Of a DNA stretch of 64,000 bases, positions 55,094 through 64,000 are shown one piece after another. The notes beneath the pieces are model-generated. The model ran no database searches. It was not told the DNA's origin and saw only the letters and a program-made list of their open reading frames with translations. Location of the stretch: NCBI GenBank assembly GCA_963791795.1, contig CAWBTP010000003.1:64516-128515 (forward strand). Direction: 5' to 3'. Positions within the stretch are counted from its first letter, which is position 1; each line of letters opens with the position of its first letter. The stretch comes from an uncultured Acidimicrobiia bacterium (lineage in GTDB: Bacteria; Acidobacteriota; Terriglobia; Versatilivoradales; Versatilivoraceae). The translations under genes were made by a program, and so were the position numbers.

Positions 55094-55368
55094 CACAGTG
55101 AAGCGCGAAATTCATTGGACGTGAGAGTTGCTGAGACGCGTGGCCGCCTGGTTCGTCGCCCATGAACGCCGAACCATGTGCGTCGGGATCGATCCTGCCA
55201 GTTCATACCAGCGGTTCCATGAAAAGCACGGTGCTCGATACATGAATCGGCATTGGCTGGTGCGGAACGACTTCGCCTGCGTCCTGGAAAAGCCGGAATA
55301 ACACGGGGTCCAGTGGCTGGCCTGCATCGCCAGCGGATTGACCCCTTGAAGGTGAAGGAGGCCGCCCA

Positions 55369-55641
55369 GTGCTGTACATGGTAGTGGAAACCTTTAGAAA
55401 CGGAGATCCAGCGCCAGTCTACCACCGCTTCCGTGAACGCGGGCGGCTGGCACCCGAGGGCGTGAACTACATATCGAGTTGGGTTGATGAGAGGCTTGAG
55501 CGATGTTTCCAACTCATGGAGACGGATAACCGGCTCTTACTCGATGAATGGATGGAGAATTGGAGTGACCTCGTCGAGTTCGAGGTTTACCCTGTCATGC
55601 CGTCGGCAGAAGCTGCCGAGCGCGTCATGCAGAGACCCTGA
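55369..55641 (+). CDS. DUF3303-family protein
   Basis: MLYMVVETFRNGDPAPVYHRFRERGRLAPEGVNYISSWVD...CFQLME... matches the DUF3303 pattern (MLFMVIETFKNGD...RFRERGR...P.GL.Y..SWV). Confidence 0.6.
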   Translation: MLYMVVETFRNGDPAPVYHRFRERGRLAPEGVNYISSWVDERLERCFQLMETDNRLLLDEWMENWSDLVEFEVYPVMPSAEAAERVMQRP

Positions 55642-55802
55642 AGACGCGATGAGGACCGGCTGTGGAAAGCCGATCAAGTTCGAAGAACAGAACGCAACGA
55701 GGAAGCCTTCGGACCGAGCATCTTTACTCTTTGGGTTCCGCTCGGAACCCAACCCAGTCGAACAACGGCGAGCTGCGACCGACCTATCGGAGGACTCGAG
55801 CA

Positions 55803-56230
55803 TGACTGGAACTGAGGCTCAGCAGACAACTGCTACCGTGTTTGGAGGCGTCACCCCGATTCTCCGTGTGCAAAGCCTTCCAACCAGCATCGACTACTAC
55901 ATTGGGGTGCTTGGGTTCAAAGTGGATTGGCACGAACCTGGGATTATGGCATCCGTTTCGCGCGACCGCTGCAGCTTGATGCTGTGCGAGGGCGATCAAG
56001 GAAATCCTGGGAGCTGGGTCTGGATTGGCGTGGGTGACGTTGAGATTCTCTTCGCGGAGTATCGGAAGAAGGGGGCGAAGGTGCGGCATCCACCAACCAA
56101 CTATCCGTGGGCGTGCGAGATGCAAATCGAGGATCCTGACGGTCATGTGCTGCGGATTGGGTCAGACCCCATAAAGGATCGGCCTTTCGGCGAGTGGCGC
56201 GACATGCACGGCAGATCTGATGGAAGATGA
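55803..56230 (+). CDS. VOC (glyoxalase/bleomycin-resistance) family protein
   Basis: ...ILRVQSLPTSIDYYIGVLGFKVDWHEP...ILFAEYRKKGAKV...EMQIEDPDGHVLRIG.... ~142 aa. Confidence 0.6.
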
Positions 56231-56325
56231 CGCCTGAAGGCGGATGGGCGCGGGTCGACCGCAGCGTGCGTCCTTGAAATGCCGGGCCGACGAAAGCTGT
56301 GGGTGAATAGCGGGCGAGGAGCAAA

Positions 56326-57270
56326 ATGCGGATTGCCGTATTCGGGGCTGGAAGCGTGGGTGGATACTTTGGTGGCCGACTGGCGCAGGCTGGCGAGGAC
56401 GTGGTGTTTATTGCTCGCGGCGATCACCTCAAGGCGATTCAGTCCGGCGGTCTGCGAGTCGAGAGCATCGAAGGCGATTTTGTCGTCCAACCGGCGCAAG
56501 CTAGCGACGATCCTAGAGCCGTAGGACCGGTGGACGCCGTCCTTGTGTGTGTCAAGGCCTGGCAGGTTCCCCAGGCTGCTGAGGCCGTGCGCCCGATGAT
56601 TGGCGCACAAACCATCGTAGTGCCCCTTCAGAACGGCGTGGAGGCTCCCTCACAGCTGCAAGCAGCGTTGGGGCCGGACCACGTACTGGGTGGGCTGTGC
56701 CGCATCATGAGTTCAGTCGTAGCGCCGGGGCATATCAGGCACGCCGGCATCGATCCCTACGTGGCTTTTGGCAAACTGGACAAGCAGCAAAGCCAGGGCG
56801 CAGATCGCTTGCGCGATGCGTTCTCGCGGGCCAAGGGTACCCGAGTGGAAATTCCCGCAGACATTCGTGTGGCAATGTGGCGGAAGTTCCTGCTCATCAC
56901 TGCGTGGAGCGGCATGGGTGCGTTGACCCGCTCGCCCATCGGCTTGATCAGAAGCCAGCCAGAGACGCGACAGATGCTGATACAGGCACTGCAGGAAATC
57001 CGTGCCGTCGCGGTCGCGCACCAAGTGGCGCTCCCGGAGCAGTCGATCGCTGAGACACTGGTATTTATCGACAGCCTTCCCCCGCAAGGAACGTCATCGA
57101 TGCAGCGCGATATCATCACGGGACGTCCGTCGGAACTTGCGTCACAAAGCGGTGCTGTGGTGCGCCTGGCACGAGAAGCCAGCATCGAGGTCCCGGTGCA
57201 CACGTTTATTTATCAGAGTCTTCTGCTGCTTGAAATGCAAGCGCGGGGTGAGGCATCGATCTCAGGCTGA
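56326..57270 (+). CDS. panE: 2-dehydropantoate 2-reductase (ApbA/PanE family)
   Basis: N-terminal Rossmann MRIAVFGAGSVGGYFGGRLAQAG.DV.FIARG; 314 aa; C-terminal KPR_C-like helices. Confidence 0.7.
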   Translation: MRIAVFGAGSVGGYFGGRLAQAGEDVVFIARGDHLKAIQSGGLRVESIEGDFVVQPAQASDDPRAVGPVDAVLVCVKAWQVPQAAEAVRPMIGAQTIVVPLQNGVEAPSQLQAALGPDHVLGGLCRIMSSVVAPGHIRHAGIDPYVAFGKLDKQQSQGADRLRDAFSRAKGTRVEIPADIRVAMWRKFLLITAWSGMGALTRSPIGLIRSQPETRQMLIQALQEIRAVAVAHQVALPEQSIAETLVFIDSLPPQGTSSMQRDIITGRPSELASQSGAVVRLAREASIEVPVHTFIYQSLLLLEMQARGEASISG

Positions 57271-57390
57271 GCTGGAAACATGGCTTGTGGTCAGGTCTGC
57301 GACGTTCCGAACCTCCCCGACCGCCGGTCACATGAGATCTGACGAGCCAGGCAGTCGGTGAGTCGTGGGGTTCGGCTACTTGGTTGACTA

Positions 57391-57756
57391 ATGGGCTTTC
57401 GCGTTCTCGCTGACGCAACAGTCGTTCTCCATCTTGGTTTTGTGCTGTTTGTCGTCCTGGGAGGCTTGATCGTCGCGCGCTGGCGGAGCGTTGCCTGGGT
57501 GCATCTTCCCGCGGCAGGCTGGGGCGCATGGATCGAGTTCGCCGACTGGGTCTGCCCTCTCACTCCCCTCGAAAACTGGCTTCGAGAGCAAAGCGGTGGG
57601 ACGGCCTACACCTCCAGCTTCATTGAGCACTACTTGCTGCCCATCCTCTACCCAGAGTCACTATCCCACGAGCTCCAATGGACGCTGGGTTGTATCGTTC
57701 TGCTCATCAACGCTGTCGTGTACATCGTCGTTTTCCGACATGGTGTGCGGCGGTAG
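57391..57756 (+). CDS. DUF2784-family membrane protein
   Basis: Three TM helices; ...WVHLPAAGWGAWIEFADWVCPLTPLENWLR... is typical of DUF2784. Confidence 0.55.
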   Translation: MGFRVLADATVVLHLGFVLFVVLGGLIVARWRSVAWVHLPAAGWGAWIEFADWVCPLTPLENWLREQSGGTAYTSSFIEHYLLPILYPESLSHELQWTLGCIVLLINAVVYIVVFRHGVRR

Positions 57757-57934
57757 AAGGTCCGAGGACTCGCAGTCGGCGTGGCCCAGCCGCTCCTGGA
57801 GAGACGCCCCTGGCTAATCTAACGAACCAAGGGCTGCCCGCTGTTGATATTCTGCATAGGGTGCGTTGCGCTTTTCAATGCACCATTCTGGAGGTGGTGC
57901 GTTACAAGGCGCGACGCACTCTACTGGTCGCTAA

Positions 57935-58234
57935 ATGCCTGTGGAGGATCCTATGAGCGTCACACGCATCAATGATTTTCGGGCGAAAGAGGGAAAGGCC
58001 GATGCGCTTCGCGCCCTGCTCACGCAGGTCATCCCCAGCATCGGATCGTTGAAGGGTTGTCTGTCGTGCAAGCTGCTTCAGAGCCAGGACACTCCGTCAC
58101 GGTTCGTAGTCCTTGAAGTCTGGGACAGCGTCGATTCACACAAGGCAGCGGTGAAGGATATTTCGCCCGAGATGATTATGACAGTCATGGAACTGCTAGA
58201 GGGCAGGCCGTCCGGAGAATATTTCCACGAGTAG
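57935..58234 (+). CDS. Antibiotic-biosynthesis-monooxygenase (ABM) domain protein
   Basis: ~95 aa ferredoxin-like ABM text (...FVVLEVWDSVDSHKAA...); start likely ATG ~57953. Confidence 0.55.
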   Translation: MPVEDPMSVTRINDFRAKEGKADALRALLTQVIPSIGSLKGCLSCKLLQSQDTPSRFVVLEVWDSVDSHKAAVKDISPEMIMTVMELLEGRPSGEYFHE

Positions 58235-58244
58235 GACCGCCTCA

Positions 58245-58742
58245 CTATTTCAACGATCGGTGATCGTAGCTGATCACGCGCGTGATCTTCCAGACACCTT
58301 CCTTGTTTTGCCACAGGTGAATAAATTTTGCCTCCCCCAACGGCTTGTTCGGGTCCACCTTCGGCTGGTGGAAGCGATGCACGCCCATCTCGACAGCGCC
58401 GTAACCACGCATGGGATATACCTCAAGGGTCTCCGGAACCAGTTCCCGGCGCACTTTGCCGCAGATGTTTTTCTTCACTGATTCGGTTAGGTTCTGTCGG
58501 CCGAGGGTCACACCTCCCTGATCGTGGTAGAACTCCACGTCGTCAATGAAAAACGAGCCAAACTTGTCGAGATCGCAAGTGTTGTAGGCATCGAACAAGG
58601 CGCTGTCGAGTGACGTAACAGTCCGAACAAGTTCGTCCGGGGGCATCGTCTTGTTGGGAGACTGGGCGTGTGCCTGGAGGATGGTCGTGGACAGGAGAAG
58701 CAGCGACAGCAGCATTTTTCCTGGAGTTAGAAGTTGGTTCAT
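58245..58742 (-). CDS. Secreted SnoaL-like/DUF4440 (NTF2-fold) protein
   Basis: Start MNQLLTPGKMLLSLLLLSTTILQAHA (signal peptide) rather than the over-extended track start. ...DAYNTCDLDKFGSFFIDDVEFYHDQGG... Confidence 0.5.
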   Translation of the reverse strand: MNQLLTPGKMLLSLLLLSTTILQAHAQSPNKTMPPDELVRTVTSLDSALFDAYNTCDLDKFGSFFIDDVEFYHDQGGVTLGRQNLTESVKKNICGKVRRELVPETLEVYPMRGYGAVEMGVHRFHQPKVDPNKPLGEAKFIHLWQNKEGVWKITRVISYDHRSLK

Positions 58743-59063
58743 CGGATTTTGGACCCTTCTCGAAATGGGAAATCCCTTGAGAGTACGGAAGAGCAGGAGA
58801 AAATGTTCCAATGCAGCGGTCGATCCACGAGAAAGACAAAAGGATTGCTGACAGCCTGTAATGGAGGAAGGACCAACGGAGCATCGGTCCGTGACCACAC
58901 GTTCTTGGACTTCCGATTTCGCAGCACAACCCCCGCGCCTGCGGCGCTTCCCCCTTTGTTAAGGGGGAATCACAACCGATCACGTGTCTGGAGGTGGTCG
59001 CGCGTGGTAGGCTGTGGCAGGCTTGTGACTCTATCGAGTTCCTATTTTCCGGAGCTGAATCGA

Positions 59064-61256
59064 ATGGCCATTCCTCTGAATCGGATTTGGTGGACCGCTC
59101 TCCTTTTGTTGCGCTTGTCTTGCACAGCGCTCGCTCAAACGGCAGACCCGTTGCGATCGCAAGTCACGATCTACCGAGACACGTACGGCGTTCCTCACAT
59201 TGTGGGTGAAACACAGGAAGCGACATTCTTTGGTTACGGGTATGCGCAGGCCCAGGACCACCTGGAAGAAATGATGCTTCAGTACCGGGACGCTCAGGGC
59301 CGCCGGTCAGAGGTCATCGGTTTTGAAGCTTTGGGTGAAGGATATCTGCAGTTCATTCCGTACGATTATCGCTGGGACGGAGACTACTTGCAGCGCCTGC
59401 TCCGCACCCGCAAGGTTGTCACGGAGAGGAAGAATGAGATCGACCCCAAGACCTATCGTATTCTGGATGGCTTTGCGCGGGGCGTGAATGCTTACATCGA
59501 AGAGCATCGCTCCCAGATCCCTGCCTGGATCGACCGGGTAACGCCTGAAGACATTGAAGCGCTGGAACGAAGCCAATATTTCCGGTTCTACAGCGTGCAC
59601 GACGCGTTGTCGAAGCTGGCCGACAAGCCTTACACCTTTCCCAACCTCGGATCGAATCACTTTGCCATCGCACCGCAAAGATCGGCCAATGGTCGGGTGA
59701 TCCATGTCGAACATACCCACATGCCGTGGGCGAACCGATTTCAGAATTATGAGGCTCACCTCATCACGCCAGGCGAGCTGAATACCGGTGGAATCAGTTG
59801 GTTTGGAAGCCCATTCTTTCTGGATGGTTTCAACGACCGCATCACCTGGTCGGCAACCTACAACAGCCCCAACATTTCAGACATTTACGAAGAGAAGCTG
59901 AACCCCGAGAACTCGCTTCAATATTTGTACGACGGCTCGTGGCGGCCGATCCGTGTGGAGCAGGAAACCTTTCGAATCAAGGGCGTGCGCGCGATGGAAT
60001 CGGTGACGCTTCCGCTCTACTACACACATCACGGCCCGATCGTAAAATTCGACCGCAAGCGGCATCGGGCCTACTCCGTAAAGCTACCGAACTTCGAGGG
60101 GGTGAACTACTCCACAAATCTGTATGGATTCATGACCGCGAAGAATCTGGAAGAGTTTAAAGGCGTCGTGGGAAAGCAACGGATGCCCAAGTGGAACCTG
60201 CTCTACTCAGACTCCCGGAATATTTATTGGATTCACAATGGAACCGTGGCCAAACGTGCCGACGGCTTCGACTGGCGCAAGCCGGTTCCCGGCTGGTTGA
60301 AAGAGACCGAGTGGGGACCTTTCTTGCCGCTTGAGGTGTATCCCCAGATTCTTAACCCGGCCTCCGGTTTCCTGCAGAACTGCAATAACCCACACTGGGT
60401 GGTTACCAAGAATTCCGGCCTGCGCCCGCTCGAACCCGCCGCTTACTACCTTCAGTCTTTACCCAAGGCTGACGCTGCAGAGGAAGCTCTCAATACACGA
60501 GGGGAGCGGCTTTTCCAAGTCTTGGGTGAGAATCGAACATTCACGCTGGATGACATCAAGCAGCTCGCACTGGACACGTATGTTCTCCCTGCGGATGTGA
60601 TTGTGCCGCTCTTGATTAATGCCGTAGCATCGGCTGAACCCAAAGTGGATCCGCGCCTCGGAAAAGCCGTCGAGCTTTTCAAGGCTTGGGATCGGCGTTC
60701 GTCGCGGGATTCGGTCGCTTACACCGTTCTCCACTTCTGGGGCAAGGCGTATCAGGAACTGTTCCCTGGACGGTTTTCCAGGTTTGTGTCTCAAGAGCGA
60801 AAGCGCATCGACGTGCAATCGGCCGAAGAACGAGAGCGGGCCCTGGCAGCTTTGAAGGCGGCTCTCGACCGGATGGAGAAGAGCTTTGGATCGATCGAAG
60901 TCGCGTGGGGGAAAGTGAATATCACGGTTCGGGGCGGCGAAACCTTTCCGATGGACGGAAACACGATGTATGGGCCTCTTCATCCCGACCACGGCATCGA
61001 ACAGGAGAATGGTCAGATTCACTGCAATGATGGCTGGGGACACCTGATGGTGGTGATGGAGGGAGACCCTAAGGAAATCTGGAGTCTAGTGCCCTACGGC
61101 CAGTCTCAGCATCGCGAGTCGCCGCACTACAATGATCAGACACGCTTGCACAGCCTCGGCCAGATGAAACAATTTTGGTTTACACCTCGCGAGATTTTAG
61201 ATCACACCGAGTCAGTCTGGGGCGATCGAAACAGGATCAAACGGCTGACGCCTTGA
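59064..61256 (+). CDS. Penicillin acylase/amidase (peptidase S45, Ntn-hydrolase)
   Basis: Signal peptide MAIPLNRIWWTALLLLRLSCTALAQ; alpha-subunit text ...IYRDTYGVPHIVGET...FGYGYAQAQDHL...; Ntn Ser context ...GSNHFAIAP.... ~730 aa. Confidence 0.75.
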   Translation: MAIPLNRIWWTALLLLRLSCTALAQTADPLRSQVTIYRDTYGVPHIVGETQEATFFGYGYAQAQDHLEEMMLQYRDAQGRRSEVIGFEALGEGYLQFIPYDYRWDGDYLQRLLRTRKVVTERKNEIDPKTYRILDGFARGVNAYIEEHRSQIPAWIDRVTPEDIEALERSQYFRFYSVHDALSKLADKPYTFPNLGSNHFAIAPQRSANGRVIHVEHTHMPWANRFQNYEAHLITPGELNTGGISWFGSPFFLDGFNDRITWSATYNSPNISDIYEEKLNPENSLQYLYDGSWRPIRVEQETFRIKGVRAMESVTLPLYYTHHGPIVKFDRKRHRAYSVKLPNFEGVNYSTNLYGFMTAKNLEEFKGVVGKQRMPKWNLLYSDSRNIYWIHNGTVAKRADGFDWRKPVPGWLKETEWGPFLPLEVYPQILNPASGFLQNCNNPHWVVTKNSGLRPLEPAAYYLQSLPKADAAEEALNTRGERLFQVLGENRTFTLDDIKQLALDTYVLPADVIVPLLINAVASAEPKVDPRLGKAVELFKAWDRRSSRDSVAYTVLHFWGKAYQELFPGRFSRFVSQERKRIDVQSAEERERALAALKAALDRMEKSFGSIEVAWGKVNITVRGGETFPMDGNTMYGPLHPDHGIEQENGQIHCNDGWGHLMVVMEGDPKEIWSLVPYGQSQHRESPHYNDQTRLHSLGQMKQFWFTPREILDHTESVWGDRNRIKRLTP

Positions 61257-61286
61257 GGCAACCAGATGAGTTTTAAAGCGTGCAAA

Positions 61287-61472
61287 TCAGCAGTCCTGGC
61301 AATGAACTTCGCCGAAAATGGTGGGCTGTTGAGCTGGGTTCTCGCGAGCGTAGTCGATCAAACAACGAACGGCCTTGCCAATATCGGGCAGTTGGTAGGT
61401 CTTTGCCATCGTTTGTAGGAACTCCACCTTTTCTGCCTCCAACGGGATTTTCTGCTCTGTCTTGTCTTTCAT
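61287..61472 (-). CDS. Small hypothetical protein (61 aa)
   Basis: RBS GAGGAG 6 nt before ATG; MKDKTEQKIPLEAEKVEFLQTMAKTYQLPDIGKAVRCLIDYAREN...; no family recognised. Confidence 0.35.
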   Translation of the reverse strand: MKDKTEQKIPLEAEKVEFLQTMAKTYQLPDIGKAVRCLIDYARENPAQQPTIFGEVHCQDC

Positions 61473-61825
61473 CAGTTTCTCCTCGCGCTTGCAGATCGAA
61501 CAAGGGTTCTCGTGCCAGCGGTGACGGCTTCTGAGAATTCCTTGATTGGGCACAGAGTCCAAGCTTTAGCTTGCTGAATACTGGGCAGCCTGAAGGCTGA
61601 ACTCTTCACCTGTCTATACGTGCGTCATCTTATCACCCAAGTTCACAATCCAGATTACATCACCAAGCAAAGACGGGTACTCTGTTGCCTGAGCGCCCCT
61701 TTGCATCTGAAGAAGAGTGTTACGCGGTTCTCGACCTTCGGGAACAAATTTATCGCTTTGGTGTCTAATGTTTCACCTGTTGTGTGGGTCGCCCAGCACG
61801 TGCCAATTTGACCGCGGAGCCCCTG

Positions 61826-62591
61826 ATGCTTGCCGTTGTGAATCTGACCAAGCGCTATTCAAGCATTCCCGCGGTTGACGACGTCAGCTTTACGGTCGAA
61901 CGGGGCAAGGTGCTCGGCTATCTCGGCCCCAACGGATCCGGCAAGAGCACAACCGTGAAGATGCTCACCGGACTGCTGGTTCCCAGCCAGGGTCACATTC
62001 TGTTTGGCGGACGCGACATCCAGCGAACAACTCATCGAATACAAAAGCACGCTGGGCTATGTCCCCGAAGACGCCCAGTTGTACAACTATCTGACTGGGC
62101 GGGAGTACCTCCAACTCGTGGGCCGTCTTCGCGGCTTACCGCCAAAGGCACTCGACCGCAAGATCGACGATTTCCTACAGCTCTTTTCGCTCTATAAGAG
62201 CCGGCACTCGGCGCTTTCGTCCTACTCAAAAGGCATGCGTCAAAAGATTCTGATCTCGGCTGCGCTGTTGCACAACCCGGAGGTTCTCATCCTCGACGAG
62301 CCCGAATCGGGACTCGATGTGACTTCGGCGCTCGTTTTCAGACATCTCATCAAAGAACTGGCCACTAAGGGCAAGATCATTCTCTACAGTTCTCACGTTC
62401 TGGAGGTGGTGGAGAAGGTCTGCTCTCAGATTGTCATTCTCCACAAGGGCCGCGTGATGGCCAATGACTCGGTGGAGAATCTACGCCTGCTGATGCAATT
62501 GCCTTCGCTGGGAGATATCTTTGCGCAACTCGTCATTGCAGAAGACACCGAAAAACTGGCCAGGGAGATTGTGCAGGTGATGGAGCAGTGA
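61826..62591 (+). CDS. ABC transporter ATP-binding protein, frameshifted near 62020
   Basis: Walker A GPNGSGKST, Q-loop, signature LSSYSKGMRQKILIS, Walker B LILDEPESGLD, H-loop SSHVL. ORFs 61784-62197 and 62004-62591 overlap in different frames. Confidence 0.7.
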
Positions 62592-62643
62592 CGAAGACTA
62601 GTAGCACCGTTTTAGTCTCGCGTTTGGGGAACATAACAACCGA

Positions 62644-64000
62644 ATGCCTTTGCCAGATCAATCCTTCCGAGGCCGGAAGCCTCCCTCGCAGTTCATCGAA
62701 CTGTTGCGATTGTTTTGGCAAAGGTTTCTCGACAATGACCTGATCGCGCCGCAGGCTGAAACGCGCCTGGCTCTGGCCCCGATCCTGGCATTGCTGGCAG
62801 TCCCCGGCGTCATTTTTTCGCTTCGTTCCTACGGTCACTATTCGTTTCTGTGGACTCGCCTCGGCCATCCCGTCCCGCCCTTTCCGTTCGACCTGTCGGT
62901 ATCCTGGTCTGACAAATTCTTGTTTCTCTATCTGTCCATGATTCTGATGGGCTTCATCACCGTGCTTGAGTGGGACACATTGTTCCCCGACCGCCGGGAC
63001 TATCTAATTCTGGCGCCTTTGCCCATCCGGTTGCGCACGCTGCTGACTGCCAAAATCACGGCTCTCTTTCTCTTCCTCCTGGTATTCACGCTGGCGCTCA
63101 ACGGATGCTCCTCAGTCCTTTTCCCGCTGATGGCTATGAATCCTCACGCGCCTGCTGGCTATGCCCTCCGTTACATCAGTGCGCATGCCACGGCGGTCTT
63201 TGCTGCTAACACGTTTGTCTTGCTGTTGTGTGTCGCGCTGCAGGGTGTGTTGTTGAATGTCCTCAGCACCCGACACTTTCAATGGATTTCACGCACCGTT
63301 CAGTTGTTCCTGTTGTTCTTGTTTGTGTGCCTCTTCTTTCTACTTCCCAGGACGTTTTCGTTCGTGAAGGGACTGGACCTCGACAACAACACTGTCAATT
63401 TATTTCCTGCCTCCCCTGTGGTTCACCGGGCTCTATGAGACCTTGCAAGGCCACAACCATCCAGAATTGCGAGCATCCGCCTTGTTGGCTGTACAGTCGC
63501 TGGTAGGAGCACTGGCAGTCTTTGTTCTCACTTACATGGTGGGTTTCAAACGCCATCTCCGGAGATCGCTGGAATCTGGCTCCACGGTTTCGCAGACTAC
63601 GACGGAGTGGGTAGGAAGCATCTTGCAGAACCTTGACCTCCTGTTCCTCAGGCGTCCTGCCGAGCGTGCCGTCTTTCATTTCGCCTGTAGAACGATTCTC
63701 CGCAGTTCCCGGCACCGCTTGTATCTAGGCGCCTACGCAGGGGTCGGTGTGGCTCTAACGTTGGTTGGAATTGCAAGCACGGTCATTCGCTCCGCCGATA
63801 TCGGCATTGAGCGCTATGATCCTGCGCTGTTGTCCATTCCACTGGTCATGTCTTTCTTCATTCTTTGTGGACTGCGTTTCATCTTTACCGTTCCAGCCGA
63901 ACTGAATGCCAATTGGATTTTCCGATTGGTGCCAAGGATCCTCATCGCAGGAGTATCTTTCCGGCGTACGAAAGGTCATGTGGGTGTTCGGGGTTCTGCC
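62644..64000 (+). CDS. ABC-2-type transporter permease (polytopic), frameshifted near 63415; 3'-partial
   Basis: Multiple TM helices; continues in another frame (...YFLPPLWFTGLYETLQG...) to the window end. Confidence 0.5.

Noticed and set aside
54140-55096. 318-aa minus-strand ORF antisense to the DapA-like gene; similar antisense ORFs at 1060-1737, 19086-19898, 23273-23914, 24705-25541 and 46552-47019
   Set aside because: Typical shadow ORFs of high-GC coding DNA. The sense-strand partners have clear family signatures and the antisense products are Arg/Pro/Gly-rich nonsense.

Overview
This is a high-GC (about 58-60%) chromosomal window that looks like Acidobacteriota (Solibacter/Bryobacter-like). 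The evidence is three CarboxypepD_reg-type TonB-dependent receptors, an ECF-sigma plus Ser/Thr-kinase/TolB-propeller pair, a PSCyt/PSD (DUF1549/DUF1553) plus DUF1501 pair, many TPR proteins and multiheme c-type cytochromes with helical-repeat tails. About 45 protein genes are supportable. No rRNA, convincing tRNA, CRISPR array, transposase or integrase was seen.

Three things stand out:
- **Frameshifted genes.** At least 20 genes are split into adjacent overlapping ORFs by 1-nt indels, almost always at short homopolymers (A5, G3-5, C3-5, T7). This looks like sequencing or assembly error rather than true pseudogenes. An ECF-linked Ser/Thr kinase (29.9-32.8 kb) carries at least 8 such breaks and is flanked by two gene remnants.
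- **A protease/peptide locus at 17.2-27.6 kb.** It runs TPR-CHAT protease, a 286-aa unknown protein, a small S8 subtilase with a CxxC tail, a 290-aa DUF protein, a 74-aa Cys-rich peptide gene preceded by tandem ATAGGAGAT repeats, a PghP-like hydrolase and a DUF1111 di-heme protein. Three transcription units carry the same roughly 50-bp cis element immediately 5' of the gene. I consider this the best candidate for an undescribed proteolytic, peptide-processing or conflict system.
- **Dispersed GC-rich palindromic repeats and shared leaders.** REP-like palindromes recur at several sites, and two roughly 300-390-nt structured leaders share a conserved head motif.

Coordinates follow the supplied ORF track. 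Where genes are frameshifted, merged spans are given.
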